Source: Octopus sinensis (lineage: Eukaryota). From it: DNA of 64,000 nucleotides. A model generated the notes under the pieces. That model was given only the letters and a program-made list of their open reading frames with translations. It did not search any database and was not told the origin of the DNA. Positions within the stretch are counted from its first letter, which is position 1; the number at the start of each line of letters is the position of its first letter. The position numbers and the translations under genes were made by a program. The stretch is taken from NCBI RefSeq assembly GCF_006345805.1, contig NC_043008.1, positions 30,194,001 to 30,258,000 of the forward strand. Reading direction: 5' to 3'. This document shows positions 12,638 to 25,093 of this stretch, piece after piece.

Positions 12638-14944
12638 TTAGAGTATGTTTAGTTGTGGTCTGTATTTTTGAATAAGATTACTTTCCTTATTTATTCGTGT
12701 TTGGTCTGTGGTGTTGTCCGAGCATTGGTATAGTGGGAAGACTAAGAATTTGGGGGACTTATTGTGTGCACAAAGGTCTAAGTGTCCACTTAGTGGTATC
12801 TGTCTTGTGGAGGGGTCCCTCAGTTGTTGTCGGTGAACTGTCATTCTGTCTCTGAGGGTAAGGCTTGTTTGCCCTATGTAATCTTCGTGGCATCCTTCAC
12901 ACCTTATGACGTAGAGTAAATTTTTTGATGCGCACGTGAAATTATTTTTTATGATGAATGTGTGTCCCGAGTGGAACTTGTACGATGATCCCTCAATGAG
13001 GTGGATGCAGGTCTTGCAGTTGGGGCGACCACATTTTTTGATGGTGGGCGGTGGGTTTGTGTTGTGTAATTTTGCGTTGGTGAGGAGGTTTTTTAGGGAT
13101 TTAGGTTGTCTCTTACTTTTTATTTTTATGAGCTGCCAGTATTTTTTTCAGGCGTGGGTCTTGATTTAGTTGTGGAATGTTGTTGTATATAATAGTGTAA
13201 GCTTCTGCATTCCTTGGGTTGTGTGTTGAGAGATAAGGGAGTCTATTGACTGTACTGTGGATGTGTTTGGGTTTTCGAAGGTCTTGAATGTTGATTGATT
13301 TGGCCCGTTCTATTCCGTTGTCTACTAGTGATGCCGGGTAATGTCTTTCGAGAAGAATTGCCCTTAGTTCCCGGAGTCTTCTATTTCGTGTTGTGTCATT
13401 TGAGACAATAGTGCAGATTCTTCTCGCTAGGTTGAAGGGGATATTTGTCTTTGTGTGTTTTGGGTGATTGGAGGTGAATAGAAGGTATTGTTTAGAGTCA
13501 GTGGGTTTGTAATGGATGTCAGTTTCAATGTTCACGCCTTTTTTAATGATTAGGATGTCAAGAAAAGGGAGTTGGTCCTGACTATATTCCATTGTGAATT
13601 GAATGTTGTTATTTACACTGTTGATAAGGTTTTGAAGTCTATAAGTTGGTCGAGTGTGTGGGACCATAGGATGAGGCAATCATCTAAGTAGCGTTTCCAG
13701 TTCTCCAACAGGTATTTGTGGAAAGACTGGCCGTACTTATATTTGGATTTTTCATAGATATGTGATTCCAGGTAGGCCATCACCAGGTTTGCATAGGTAG
13801 GTGCAACTTTCGTACCCATTGCAGTACCTGAGACCTGTCTGTAAGTGTTGTTGTGGAAATACATGAAGTTGTTTTGCAGAATAAATTTGAGGCCCTCAAT
13901 TATGAATTTTTTTTAATTCTTTCCGGGATCTCATTGGGATATTTATCCAGCCAGAATTTAATGGCTTCCAGTCCAAATTCATGTGGGATTGTGGTGTAAA
14001 GATTATAACATCAAAAGAAACGATTAAGGTGTCTTTATCGGCATGTTTGGGGAGATGGTTTAATAGGTCCAGGTCATCTCTTACAATACTTGGAATGTGT
14101 TTCAGTATTGGCTTTAAGATGATATCTATAAAGTTGCTAAGTCTGTGTGTTTCACAACTTGGGCCTGCCACTATTGGTCTCAGTTTGAGATCAGTGGGAT
14201 GTGGTATAGTGATGCAGGTTGAAGTGGACTTTTTGCAAGCTTCTGTGATAATTTGACTCTTGTGTATTTTTGGAAGCCCATAGAGTGTGCTGGTTTTGCA
14301 ATTAAATTTAGTAATGTAGTCGCATTCCTTTGCTGTCAAGTCATTCCGGTGTTGGTAAATGAGTGCCTTCAGATTGGTCATTGTTTTGGATTGCTGGTAG
14401 TCGACTACTCTTTCGTATATGTGGTATCCTCTAAAAGGAGAGATACAGAGTTTTTATATTGCTCAGTATTCATAACAACGACCGTACTACCCTTATCAGC
14501 TTCCTTTATTGTGACGTCATGATTGTCTCGTAGCGTATGGATGATTTCCCATTCTCTTTTACTGGTGTTGGGTTTCAGTTTAGGTTGTGGGAGTTCACCA
14601 TAAGGGAAGTTGGAGATGTAATCGCAAAATTTGTCTAAGGTTTTGTTTTTGCCTTTTATGGGATTATAGTTGCTTTTGTTACAGACCATTGATTCGTCGA
14701 TATTATTAGTTTTCCTGTCAAAAAATTCCTCTGTGAGGCGTAATTTTCTGCAGAAGTGCGAGATGTCATCCTGTATTTCCCTCAGGTTAGGGTATTGCGG
14801 AGTTGGGGTGAATTTTAGTCCTCTTGAAAGGATTTTTATTTGTGGTGTCGACAGGTTTAGGTTAGAAAGATTCACTACTTTTGGTTTTTCGGGGTTGGTA
14901 TCTACCATCTGGTGTCGTGGAAACTGTTGCCCTTGCCTAAAAAA
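12638..14944 (-). pseudogene. PLE ORF2: reverse transcriptase + GIY-YIG endonuclease, broken by five small frameshifts
   Basis: Motifs KEADKG, YGLPKIHK, LRPIV, SFDV, GTAMGTKVAPTYANL, RYLDD, LPFLD, YKPTD, CGRPNCKTC, NLLYVIRC..C...YIGQT, PQLN. Frameshifts near 14407, 14005, 13913, 13630 and 13120. No in-frame stops were seen in the re-joined frames. Confidence 0.93.
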
Positions 14945-16043
14945 GGAATCCTGGGGGTTCTTCTATTTGTGGTATTTTGCTGTATGTGATTCTGTCCCCC
15001 GTTGACATGTCTGTTGAAGAGGTTTTGGTTGTGTGATTCTGCCCCGTTGCTATGTTGTCTGTTGAGGAGGTTTTGGTTGTTCCAGGGTCTGGGTTGTTGG
15101 GTGGCCTCCTGGAAGAGTTTTGGTTATTCCAGGGTTTGGGTTGTTTGTCCTGGGTGTAATGTTGGTTCCTTAGAGTGGGTTGGAAACTATATTCATGGTT
15201 TAGAAGTGAATCCCTATATGTTGGGGGAGAACTCTGAGTTAGGAGCGGTTTGGGTTGGAATCTACAATCATAGTTCAGAGATGGGTTTCTAAGTGATGGG
15301 TAGGATCTCCGAATCTGGAACGGTTCTTGTGTGGGTTGGGGTCTACGTTGTCTGGTAAAGTTTTGTCGTGTGATGATGGGTGTCTCGGTTCTTTTGATGG
15401 GATTGTAGTGCTGTCTGTAAGTTCTGTTGTTGTTGTTGTCGATGTTAGGGGTGGTGTGTGTTCGGTGTTTTGTGGTTGGTTTTCTTTGTTTTTGGCGAGG
15501 GGTGTGAGTGTGAGTAGTAGATATTTTAAAATATGGGTTGCTTGAAAGGTGTTCCTTTGTGAACTCTGTTTCATAATTGGTGAACCAGCTGTTTTTTTCC
15601 ATTCGCTGGAGGGATGTTATTTCTTCATCCTCGCAGTTTTTTCTCCAGAGTTTGGTGGTTTCATCAAGGAGTGCTCCTTCACAGTGTTTTGAGATTTCAA
15701 TCTGCATTTCATTGTCAAGGGTCTTGGATTTTTCTTCACTGGCGTTGGCTCTGAGCCGCAAGAGTTCTACTTCCGTCTTGAATTTTTCAAAAGCTAGTTT
15801 CTCCCTGAGGTTTTTTTGGTTTTCTGGTTCATTTTGGATGGGTTTTATTTGTAGTTTTCTGGGTAGGATGATAGGGGTGGAGTTGAGCCACTTTTCATAA
15901 ATGTCAGCTTTGTTGTTATTTTTTATGAAATTCCAGAAGGCAAACTTACGCGCTTTGAGATTTTTACTCCAGGTGTTGTTAAGAGAGCTTTTAATTGAGA
16001 AGCAGTCTTTTGTTTGCTCCTGCTTTGGGAGCACTGTTACCAA
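14902..16043 (-). CDS. PLE ORF1, unknown function (helical/coiled-coil N-half, basic low-complexity C-half), 5'-truncated by the inverted pseudo-LTR
   Basis: Supplied 368-aa ORF 14937-16043 begins at TTG inside the pseudo-LTR junction. Adding one G to the G run at 14996-15000 extends it to TAG at 14904-14902 (…PRIPFLGKGNSFHDTRW*). Confidence 0.75.
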
Positions 16044-16298
16044 ACACTATATTTATACATGTAATGTGACAATTATGTATAAAAAAACATTTTTGAATTC
16101 ATAATATCCAATGTGACAATTATGTAAAAACCTTTTTGAATGCATAATACTCAATGTGACAATTATGTAAAAAAACTTTTTTTGAACCCATATTATTCAA
16201 TGTTTCCTTAAATGTAACTTTTGACAATCTTTTACCAAAGAGTGAAACCGGTTAAGTAAATAAACATCGTTTTTAAATTGCATTTTCAAACCTTTTTT

Positions 16299-16306
<8 letters not shown>
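16034..16306. repeat. Inverted pseudo-LTR copy (right arm)
   Basis: Reverse complement of 10434-10699; merges into (TA)n at about 16300-16355. Confidence 0.92.
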
Positions 16307-16359
<53 letters not shown>

Positions 16360-16362
16360 TAT

Positions 16363-16715
16363 GAGGCGCAGGAGTGGCTGTGTGGTAAAATACTTGCTTC
16401 CCAACCAGTCCCAATCCGTGTCACCTTGGGCAAGTGTCTTCTACTATAACTTCGGGTTTTAGTATACGGAAACTGAAAGACGCCCGTCCTAATATGTGTA
16501 TGTGCATGTTTGTGTATCTGTGTTTGTCCCCCATCATTGCTTGACAATCGATGTTTGTGTGTTTACGTCCCGTAACGTAGCAGTTCAGCAAAACGACCTG
16601 AAAGAATAAGTCCTAGACTTACAAAAAATAAGTCCTAGAGTCTATTTCTTCGACGAAAGGCATTGCTCCATCATAGCTGCAGTCAAATGACTGAAACAAG
16701 TAAAAGAATAAAGGA
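16363..16715 (+). mobile_element. tRNA-derived octopus-type SINE with internal deletions
   Basis: 5' ggcgcaggagtggctgtgtgg (A-box-like), internal (TG) tract, 3' ...gcagtcaaatgactgaaacaagtaaaag. Homologous to 56163-56600. Confidence 0.85.
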
Positions 16716-19700
16716 ATTTATATATAAACAACTTAAAGAGTGAGCCGGAGTATTTTCCTTATAAAAGACCTAATTTGTTAAATTAATGTAACCTGAACAA
16801 GAGCCACATTCTGACCATTGCATTTCTCCTGCATCTGTCTTGCTATGAAAATCAAGGAAGGCACACCGAGATTTAGATAGGATTGCAAATACAGGCTATT
16901 TATTCAATCGGATAAGAACACTTGCCAGAACATTAAGACAGCTGTATACAGAGCGATACTTCTAAGACTGCCACGCTTTATTCTGACTCCCTTTCATTTA
17001 GAGAGAGGAAAGACACCCTTCCAATCCTCTGGAAGATCACTATCATTCCAAGCTGCGTAGGTTCTGCGTAACAAAATTATCGCCAAAGAACGAATTCACC
17101 AAGTGGTTTACCAGCATCTAACTTCATTCTTGCCGCTACTTCGACTTCTATTGAGGATGCAGAATCCAAGGTGTTCGTTGAATAGTAGCAGTTATTTCAT
17201 CTACGACCAAAATGGAGTTTAGAAGTCCACAAAATTGCTTACACCTAGGATCTGCGTTTTCTTTTGATTTATTAAGTAGAGTACAACACTTGTACTCTTG
17301 GAAAACACACACATATATACACACATCTGTGTCTGAGTTCATTTATACCTATTTACACTGTGTGTGAGTGTGAGTGTGTGTCTGTGTGTATATGCGCGCG
17401 TGCGTATTAGCATTCATGTAGATTTCCATATGTAATTTATATCTGTTTACCAAAAATAATCGGGAGAAAAAGTATAAGGATAAATGCAAATTTAAACCAT
17501 GGCATATTTTTTTCCTTCGCTTAATGTCACCTGTAAAAATCCAAGCAACCAAGTCATTAGCCTAAGCTAAATAGCAGATAATCTGAAGCATAAGGAGGGG
17601 GGGTTAAAAAATCACTTAGTAACATTTCAAGGGATACTGAAAACTGGTGAAATTTTCGACATTGTCAGTGCAAATCTGCATTGCAAACTCTTCATGTAGT
17701 TACAATTAATGTGTTCTCTACAATCTCTTGTCATATGCCGGAAATGGTATTTCCTTTCTCAGTGCAAATAAAGTTTTCAAGCTCGTGTTCTATCCGTCTG
17801 GAAGAGTTAGAAGAGACATTATTCTTGTTCATCTTGCCACAGCTGTTGTCAACATCTTTCAGTGGGTATTTAAGAAAACGCAATTAGTGTTGCTCAAATC
17901 ACGTCCTGTATACCTGGTGACCATCTACTATAAGGGGGAGAAACTCTTCTAATTCAAATTTAGCTGATGCAAATTTACAAGTTTGTTATTAATTGGCCTA
18001 GTCCAGGGGGCGTTAAACCAACAGAAGAAATGTAGAACCTTATATATGTGTAGAGAGAACGGGATATTTTTCTTGTATTGAAAAGATTACGGTTGTATTA
18101 GAAATTTTAACGTCTCAAACTAATTCCCAGACGAGAAATGAATAGGAAATTTTGAGAAATAGAATATTTCCTCGTAGGAAATATCATTGTCTACGGGAGC
18201 TACGTAGTGTGTGTAAAGTTAATGTGGGCGTCTTTATGTATTTGCAGATAGATTGAAGAAATATAAATTTACATGGACACAACTGGATAATTTTGATTTT
18301 CTGCTACTGGTGTGGTATACTGCTACTGAATGATGAGTCATTTTAATAACTGGGGAAGGGAAGATATGGTCTATTTGTAACGAGTGTTTGGGTGCACAAT
18401 ATTGCGTTTTGTAAACAATTATGCTTAGAGACCTAATCGGAAATTGAATAACATCTAAGAGAGTAGTGTAAAAACTGTAGACTTAGTAAGTAAATTAGTT
18501 TCGGAGACAATGAACATCACAAAGTTAATTGTGAGTGTTATGGTTTTGTAGTGGGGAGAAGAGCGTGCTCCATTTCACGTTATCTTAATAATTTATTCAT
18601 GGGAGTGGTTATGTGCTATAAGAGGTGATGTCGAGTTGAACAAATACAAATTGTGTTTACATGTCGGAGGAATGAAGTTTTGACAATAACTGAAGTGTCA
18701 TTCAAATAGATACAGTTGTTTAGACGTACATAGACAAACATATAACTCTCATATGGGTTACACACATACCTATATATGCGTGCTTATGTATATAGGTATA
18801 TATATGTATGTGAGTGTGTGTGTGCTTATGTATCTAGGTTTGTATGCACATAGAAATTATATAATATATAAAAGTAGAAAATAGAAATGTTTGATTATAA
18901 CAATATTGATTGCACCATAGCAAAATATTTATGCTAAAAGTATTGAATCTACGGAAACAAGTTACATTTAAACATTCACATATTGTCACAATTGCTAAGC
19001 GTGCTCATTTAACTTACTTTCAGATTTAAATTTTCATTGAGACAGAATTTTTTTTCATCATTCATTAATAGTGTATGTGATAGCTTAAAATTTGGTTGGA
19101 TTCGATAGACTAACAACCGTCGCGATAATAATTAGAATCGTGTCTTAGTGGAAGTCAATATTAAACAATTATACACTGACGCTATTAAGCATTCACTATT
19201 TCAGAATGTGGCGTAGACTATAAGTTAGCATGTGGAGTCTATAAAATAAATTTGTCGGGGTCTGAAATACATCTAATTAAATCTTAATGTAATTTCAGTA
19301 CAAGTGGATTTAGTATATCTAAAACAAAAACATGAAAATATATTATCCATTGTGTTGAAATAGAGACAAAGATTCCTAAGCTATATTCCAGGGCAATAGG
19401 CGAACGGCAGGACCAAATGTTTTACTTTTAACCGTAATATTTTCGTGAACATGTTATGCAATAATCCAAAAAAGTAAATAGAAGGATTTATAATACCTCA
19501 TTTTACTGCAAATAAACATGGAGGAATATATCACCAAGTGTTAACAGCACCAAATTCGAATACATTTAAAACGTAAATGCTGGCAATTATTGATTTGACA
19601 TAATTGTCCTCGAGTGTAAAATGTTGTAAAAGGCTGCATCAAAGTAAAATAACTATATGGGATATTAAACTGTGTTATTAGGGGAGAAAACAAACAGTCG

Positions 19701-22027
19701 AAACGTGATGTGGTAATGTATACAAAAGTGGTGTTTCAACTGAACTTACTTGGAGACAATATTGACTATTTTGAATGTTCACTCCCCACCCCACCCCATC
19801 GAGGTAGTTTGCTTGATGATTTGAGAAGAAGACCGAGTTCAAATCTAATCATAGAATAAGTGCTCGCCGATCACCAGTAAATTATGTTTATGCTAATCTG
19901 CTTGACAAAAACCAATAGTATGTTCTTAGCAAATTCACGAATATGCGCACTAGCAACTATATACAGGTACATATATATACACACACATATACTTTCATTA
20001 CGCACTAAACTTCATTTTTCTTCATTTGATTCTCCTCTCATCTGTAGGGTGTGAATTCCTAGTCATTTTCTTTTCAATATTCTGGCACATACAGTCCATC
20101 TAATAACTTGCATGAATGATACTTCATGACATTGCATAGCGTGCAGGATTATTCGCTTTCCCAAACTGTAGCCTTTGTCAAGAATGCTTGTGGTATATTT
20201 ACAGAATCCTTTTCACGATCACGATGGTTCTCCAAGCAGTGTTTTCATAGAGGTATTTTCCATATTAGCTACTCACTTTGCATCATAGTCCATAGGGCAT
20301 GCGCTCTAAAATATATATTTCTATTTTACTACACACCATTCTACAGACATAATCCTATTTGCCTAACCCAAGCTATAGACATCCAGTGGACATTTATGGT
20401 AACTTCAAACCAAGCGTATCAAATATGTTTTGGAGGATAGACCCTAATCAGTGAAAAGAGTCTGGGTCTGTCTCATTCTCATAAAAGACAGAATGTCTAA
20501 CTTTACCGTCTACCGTTCTGTCGCACCCCCTTGCAACACTGGGAAAGTTATGCAAGCAGATCTAAACAATAACCTCCTGTATCACTTTTAATCTTCCTCA
20601 CTTCTAAATAAGCATAAACAAGACTTTCATAAAACCAAATATACAAAAAGTACCTTGTTATTTCTTTACCATTTAGCCTTTTCTCTGAAAAATTCAAAGA
20701 AATACTATTTGCTGTTACACGTCATGTCAGCAAGATTTTTGAGAATCATGGGTATGCAAATATCTTAAATAAACCATAAGACCGTGAATGAATCAGTTTT
20801 AATTTTCCTGGATCATTGAATCTTAATGAGATAGCTCCAACACATATCACACTCATGGAAACCTCTCTAACTATTACAAGGTTGTTGAGCTTTAGGGTTC
20901 AGTTTCGTCCACTACACTAATCTTCCCTTATCTCAATGACCTTTTCCCTTTCATCTCCAATATCACCCTCTCCTCTGTAGATGGAACGGAAACTTGGTTC
21001 CTAAATTCCACTTATATTAACAGATATCTCGAAATTACACGTCAATATAGCCATGCCAAACTTCACTTTATCAATATACAATGGGAAATTCAAAATATAT
21101 ATCAACAAATCATTAGCGCATAGTGAACCACAAAGAATTTGCACTTCAAATATACAAGTATTCTTATAAATGCTGGATATCTGCATAACTCTTGGTAAAC
21201 ACATGCGGTAAAAATACTGAAAATATAATGTTTATCTTCAAGATAGATACAGCCACAACAGTTTGTAAATCTCAACAAAAGAAGAAAAATGCTGAAGTAT
21301 TTTTTAGAAGTATTTATAAGTTTTGTTACACTGTATGGAGAGATTTTAGAACTTATCCAAAGAAACGCCATTGCATTAATTGATATGATACAACTAACCA
21401 AAACAGCAATCTCCGATTCGGATGGTTATTGATTTCACCCATAATAACTTACTCTTCTCGGGTATTTTCAAATAATTTTTGGAATTTCCACTTCTCACAC
21501 ATATCAGTTCCAACAAAGAGAAACACACTAACAATTACATGACATTGTTCTTCACCAGGATGTCAGTTCTCAAAAGTTCTCTATCTCTACCTCATTTTGC
21601 AAAGGATTTTCATATAACATTTCATGCAGAATATTTTCTCGAAAATACATACATACATATATATATATTATATATATATATATATACGTATATGAAGCTA
21701 TATGTATGTATGTTCACATTAGAAAATATAAGAGGCTACCTTCGGTCAGATTTGACCATGCGTTGTATCTTTGCTGTTTTCAGCTCTACTGGAGCAGTGT
21801 CTCCGGTGGCTCTTCTTCCAGATGCTAGCTACACATAGGGAATATCCTTAGGGATAAGGCCACCATATATTTATATATATATATATATGAATGTATATTA
21901 TTTACACACACATTTATATATATATATATATATAAAATATTATTCGAGACAAAACCACTATTTTGCAAAACAAACAAGGAAAGACTTAATCAATACATAA
22001 AATTTTAATAAATAGTCAAAAAAACCG

Positions 22028-22070
22028 CCACTACAATCGTTTCTTGTCTTGATCGACAATCTTCAGGTGG
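22028..22070 (-). ncRNA. Minimal type I hammerhead ribozyme
   Basis: ccac-CTGAAGA-ttgtc(gatcaa)gacaa-GAAAC-gatt-GTA^gtgg: full catalytic core, 4-bp stem I, 5-bp stem II, 2-bp stem III. Confidence 0.8.
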
Positions 22071-22519
22071 ACTTCCAATCTAAAAAATCAATATTTTAAA
22101 ATATAAAAATAATAATTTTAAAATAATTAAAGTATGAATGAAAAAATATAAGTATATAATCCATATATAACCTATCTATAATCCATATATAAACAATATA
22201 TAAACAATATATAAACTAAAAAAACCTATCAACAATTAAATATAAAATATAAAATATAAAATATAAAATATAAAATATAAAATATAAAACAAAACAAAAA
22301 AATAATAATAATATAATAATAAACTATATATACACCCATACGCATATACCTAATTATATATAACCATATCTAACTACATACACTAAATCACACACCTATA
22401 TATATCCCTATACATACACATAAAAATGTCTAGGCTACTATAAATAAATAAAATAGCTAAATACTTCAACACAATACTTATTCATACTCCCACACACACA
22501 CACATACAACCCACATTCA

Positions 22520-24787
22520 CGCTCTAGAAAACGGACAGCACTCAAAACTATGAACGGAGAAATGGAATAAATGGAATTAAAAATTATATTCACTTGGTAA
22601 AACGAACACTACTTAAAAATTATGAATGAAACAATGCAATAAAACAACAGACATCGCAAATAGACACAAATTACTACAAATTCCTTATCAAACCTACCAT
22701 GATAACCAAAACTCATAAAAACATATAATGATAAAATCTCCCTTTACTAAACTCTATAACAAACCTATATAGCAATCCCCCCTAAACCTAAACATTCACA
22801 CACAAATACACACACGTAAACCACACACCCACGACATATACAAATACCCACACCACTTACACATACCAATACATACATATAAACCTCAACATATACTCCA
22901 AAAACCCACTCAACCCCACACAGACAAATAAACACAAAAATTATGAATGGATTCTTTTATAAAACTACCATGATAAGCTAAAACTCACAAAACAGAAATG
23001 ATAAAACCTCCCTTTACTAAACACTAAAACATACTTATATAGCAATTCCTTTAACCTATACATTCACACACAAAACCACTCGTAAACCACACACCCATAA
23101 CAAATACAAACTCCCACCCCACTCACACACACCCAGAAGTACATATAAGCCTCAACATATACACCAAACAAAATTACTTTACCAAGGAAATTAACATATA
23201 TATAAAAAGTATAACCGCTCTGGAAACGAACATCTCTAAATTAATGAATGGAGAAATGGAATAAATGGAATAAAAATAAAATTCACGTGGCAAAACGAAC
23301 ACCACTCAAAAATTATGAATGAAACAATATAATAAAACAACCAACATCGAAAATAGACAAATTACTACGAATTCCCTAAAAAAACCATGATAAACCAAAA
23401 CTCTTAAAAAACATATAACGATAAAATCTCCTTTGCTAAACTCAATAACAAACCTATATAGTAATCCCCCTAACCTAAACATTCACACACAAACACACAC
23501 GTAAACCACAGACCCACGACTTATACACATACCTAAACTAACTTATAAACCTCCATATACACCAAAACCCACTCCCTCCCACACAGACAAATTAACTCAT
23601 ACATCCCAAAACCTAAATAACAAACCCATATACACATTCACACACAAACACACACACACACAAAACCACACACACAACAGATACATATACTCCCTCACAT
23701 ATACGCATATACATACTCACTAAACTCAATATATACAACAATATTTACACACCCACACTCATACAGATAAATAAATATACAACTAAAAACTCGCACACAA
23801 TCTCATATACATAAACACTCCTATGAAAACAACATTAAATACATCGTAATAACCAGAATATCAAAATAACAATATGACATAAAGGTAAATAAAATACATA
23901 CTTACAATTCAGTGTCAAATTATGAAGTGAAATTAAATTCTTAGCCGTTAAAAAATCAAACCAAAATTACGTTACCATAGAAATAACTTATGTAAAAAAA
24001 GACTAACAAACAACTTGCAGTAACCCAAACCCATTCTCTATGCCTACCTCACTACTACACTATTCCATTCACAATTCCAAACAACGCTAGTCCACCTCCC
24101 GGTTATTCACGTGGCAAAACGAACACCACTCAAAAATTATGAATGAAACAATGTAATAAAACAACCAACATCGAAAATAGACAAATTACCACGAATTCCC
24201 TAAAAAAACCATGATAAACCAAAACTCCTAAAAACATATAACGATAAATCTCCCTTTACTAAACTCTATAACAAACCTATATAGCAATCTCCCTAACCTA
24301 AACATTCACACACAAATACACACTCGTAAACCACAGACCCACGACTTATACACATACCTATACTAACTTATAAACCTCAATATACACCAAAACCCACTCC
24401 CTCCCACACAGACAAATTAACACATACATCCCAAAACCTAAATAACAAACCCATATACACATTCACACACAAACACACACACACGCAAAACACACACACA
24501 CAACAGATACATATACTCCCTCACATATACGCATATACATACTCACTAAACTCGATATATACAACAATATTTACACACCCACACTCATACAGATAAATAA
24601 ATTAAACAACTAAAAACTCGCACACAATCTCATATACATAAACACACCTATGAAAACAACATTAAATACATCGTAATTAACCAGAATATCAAAATAACAA
24701 TATGACATAAGGATAAATAAAATACATACTTACAATTCAGTGTCAAATTATGAAGTGAAATTAAATTCTTAGCCGTTAAAAAAATCA
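22520..24787. repeat. Tandem array of A/C-rich modules (~310-370 bp modules forming an ~824-bp unit)
   Basis: ttcacgtggcaaaacgaacaccactcaaaaattatgaatg recurs near 23282, 24105 and 28945, with diverged versions near 22590 and 22940. Confidence 0.85.
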
Positions 24788-24807
24788 TGATTTTTTAGAT
24801 TGGAAGT

Positions 24808-24850
24808 CCACCTGAAGATTGTCGATCAAGACAAGAAACGATTGTAGTGG
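24808..24850 (+). ncRNA. Minimal type I hammerhead ribozyme (inverted copy)
   Basis: CTGAAGA at 24812-24818, GAAAC at 24835-24839, GTA at 24844-24846, stem I ccac/gtgg. Confidence 0.8.
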
Positions 24851-25022
24851 CGGTTTTTTTGACTATTTATTAAAATTTTATGTATTGATTAAGTCTTTCC
24901 TTGTTTGTTTTGCAAAATAGTGGTTTTGTCTCGAATAATATTTTATAATATTTTACTATAAAATCGATTTAATCCTAAATCTGATTTTTCCCTGTAAATT
25001 TGGATTTATTCCCTAATATTTA

Positions 25023-25093
<71 letters not shown>

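Larger units (their letters stand above)
10400..16306 (-). mobile_element. Near-complete Penelope-like retroelement (ORF1 + RT/GIY-YIG ORF2, long 3' UTR, inverted pseudo-LTR at 5' side)
   Basis: RT and GIY-YIG motifs at 12638-14908, upstream ORF at 14937-16043, and the 3' end (10434-10699) duplicated in inverted orientation at 16034-16306. Both ends abut (TA)n. Confidence 0.93.
21932..25025 (-). mobile_element. Non-coding PLE-derived / retrozyme-like element, copy A, with ~157-bp terminal inverted repeats carrying hammerheads
   Basis: 21932-22088 is the reverse complement of about 24788-24948. The interior is G-poor on the + strand with repeated modules (period ~824 bp, 23282 to 24106). No ORF of 60 aa or more in the track. 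Flanked by (TA)n. Confidence 0.8.

Noticed and set aside
12638-14908. Selenocysteine recoding (as in Naiad-type PLEs) as an explanation for the broken RT ORF
   Set aside because: The breaks are frameshifts, not in-frame TGA codons.
14253-15900. Plus-strand ORFs overlapping the PLE and similar antisense ORFs over the LINE (50270-52022)
   Set aside because: Antisense shadows of coding sequence with no recognisable motifs.
16800-17150. Possible very old mariner transposase trace
   Set aside because: Only vague similarity to the DD37D copies; no unambiguous motif.
18050-18720. Possible decayed PLE RT thumb (HYKT-like) on the minus strand
   Set aside because: A single weak motif; cannot be supported without alignment.
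20150-21480. Possible ancient LINE RT remnant on the minus strand (KGVRQ-, KILAD-like words)
   Set aside because: Too degenerate for a call by eye; needs a profile-HMM search.
23895-23910. GTAAGT donor-like motif in the HHR element modules (also near 24730), suggesting a retained PLE intron
   Set aside because: A hexamer in AT-rich DNA with no transcript evidence; the acceptor pairing is speculative.
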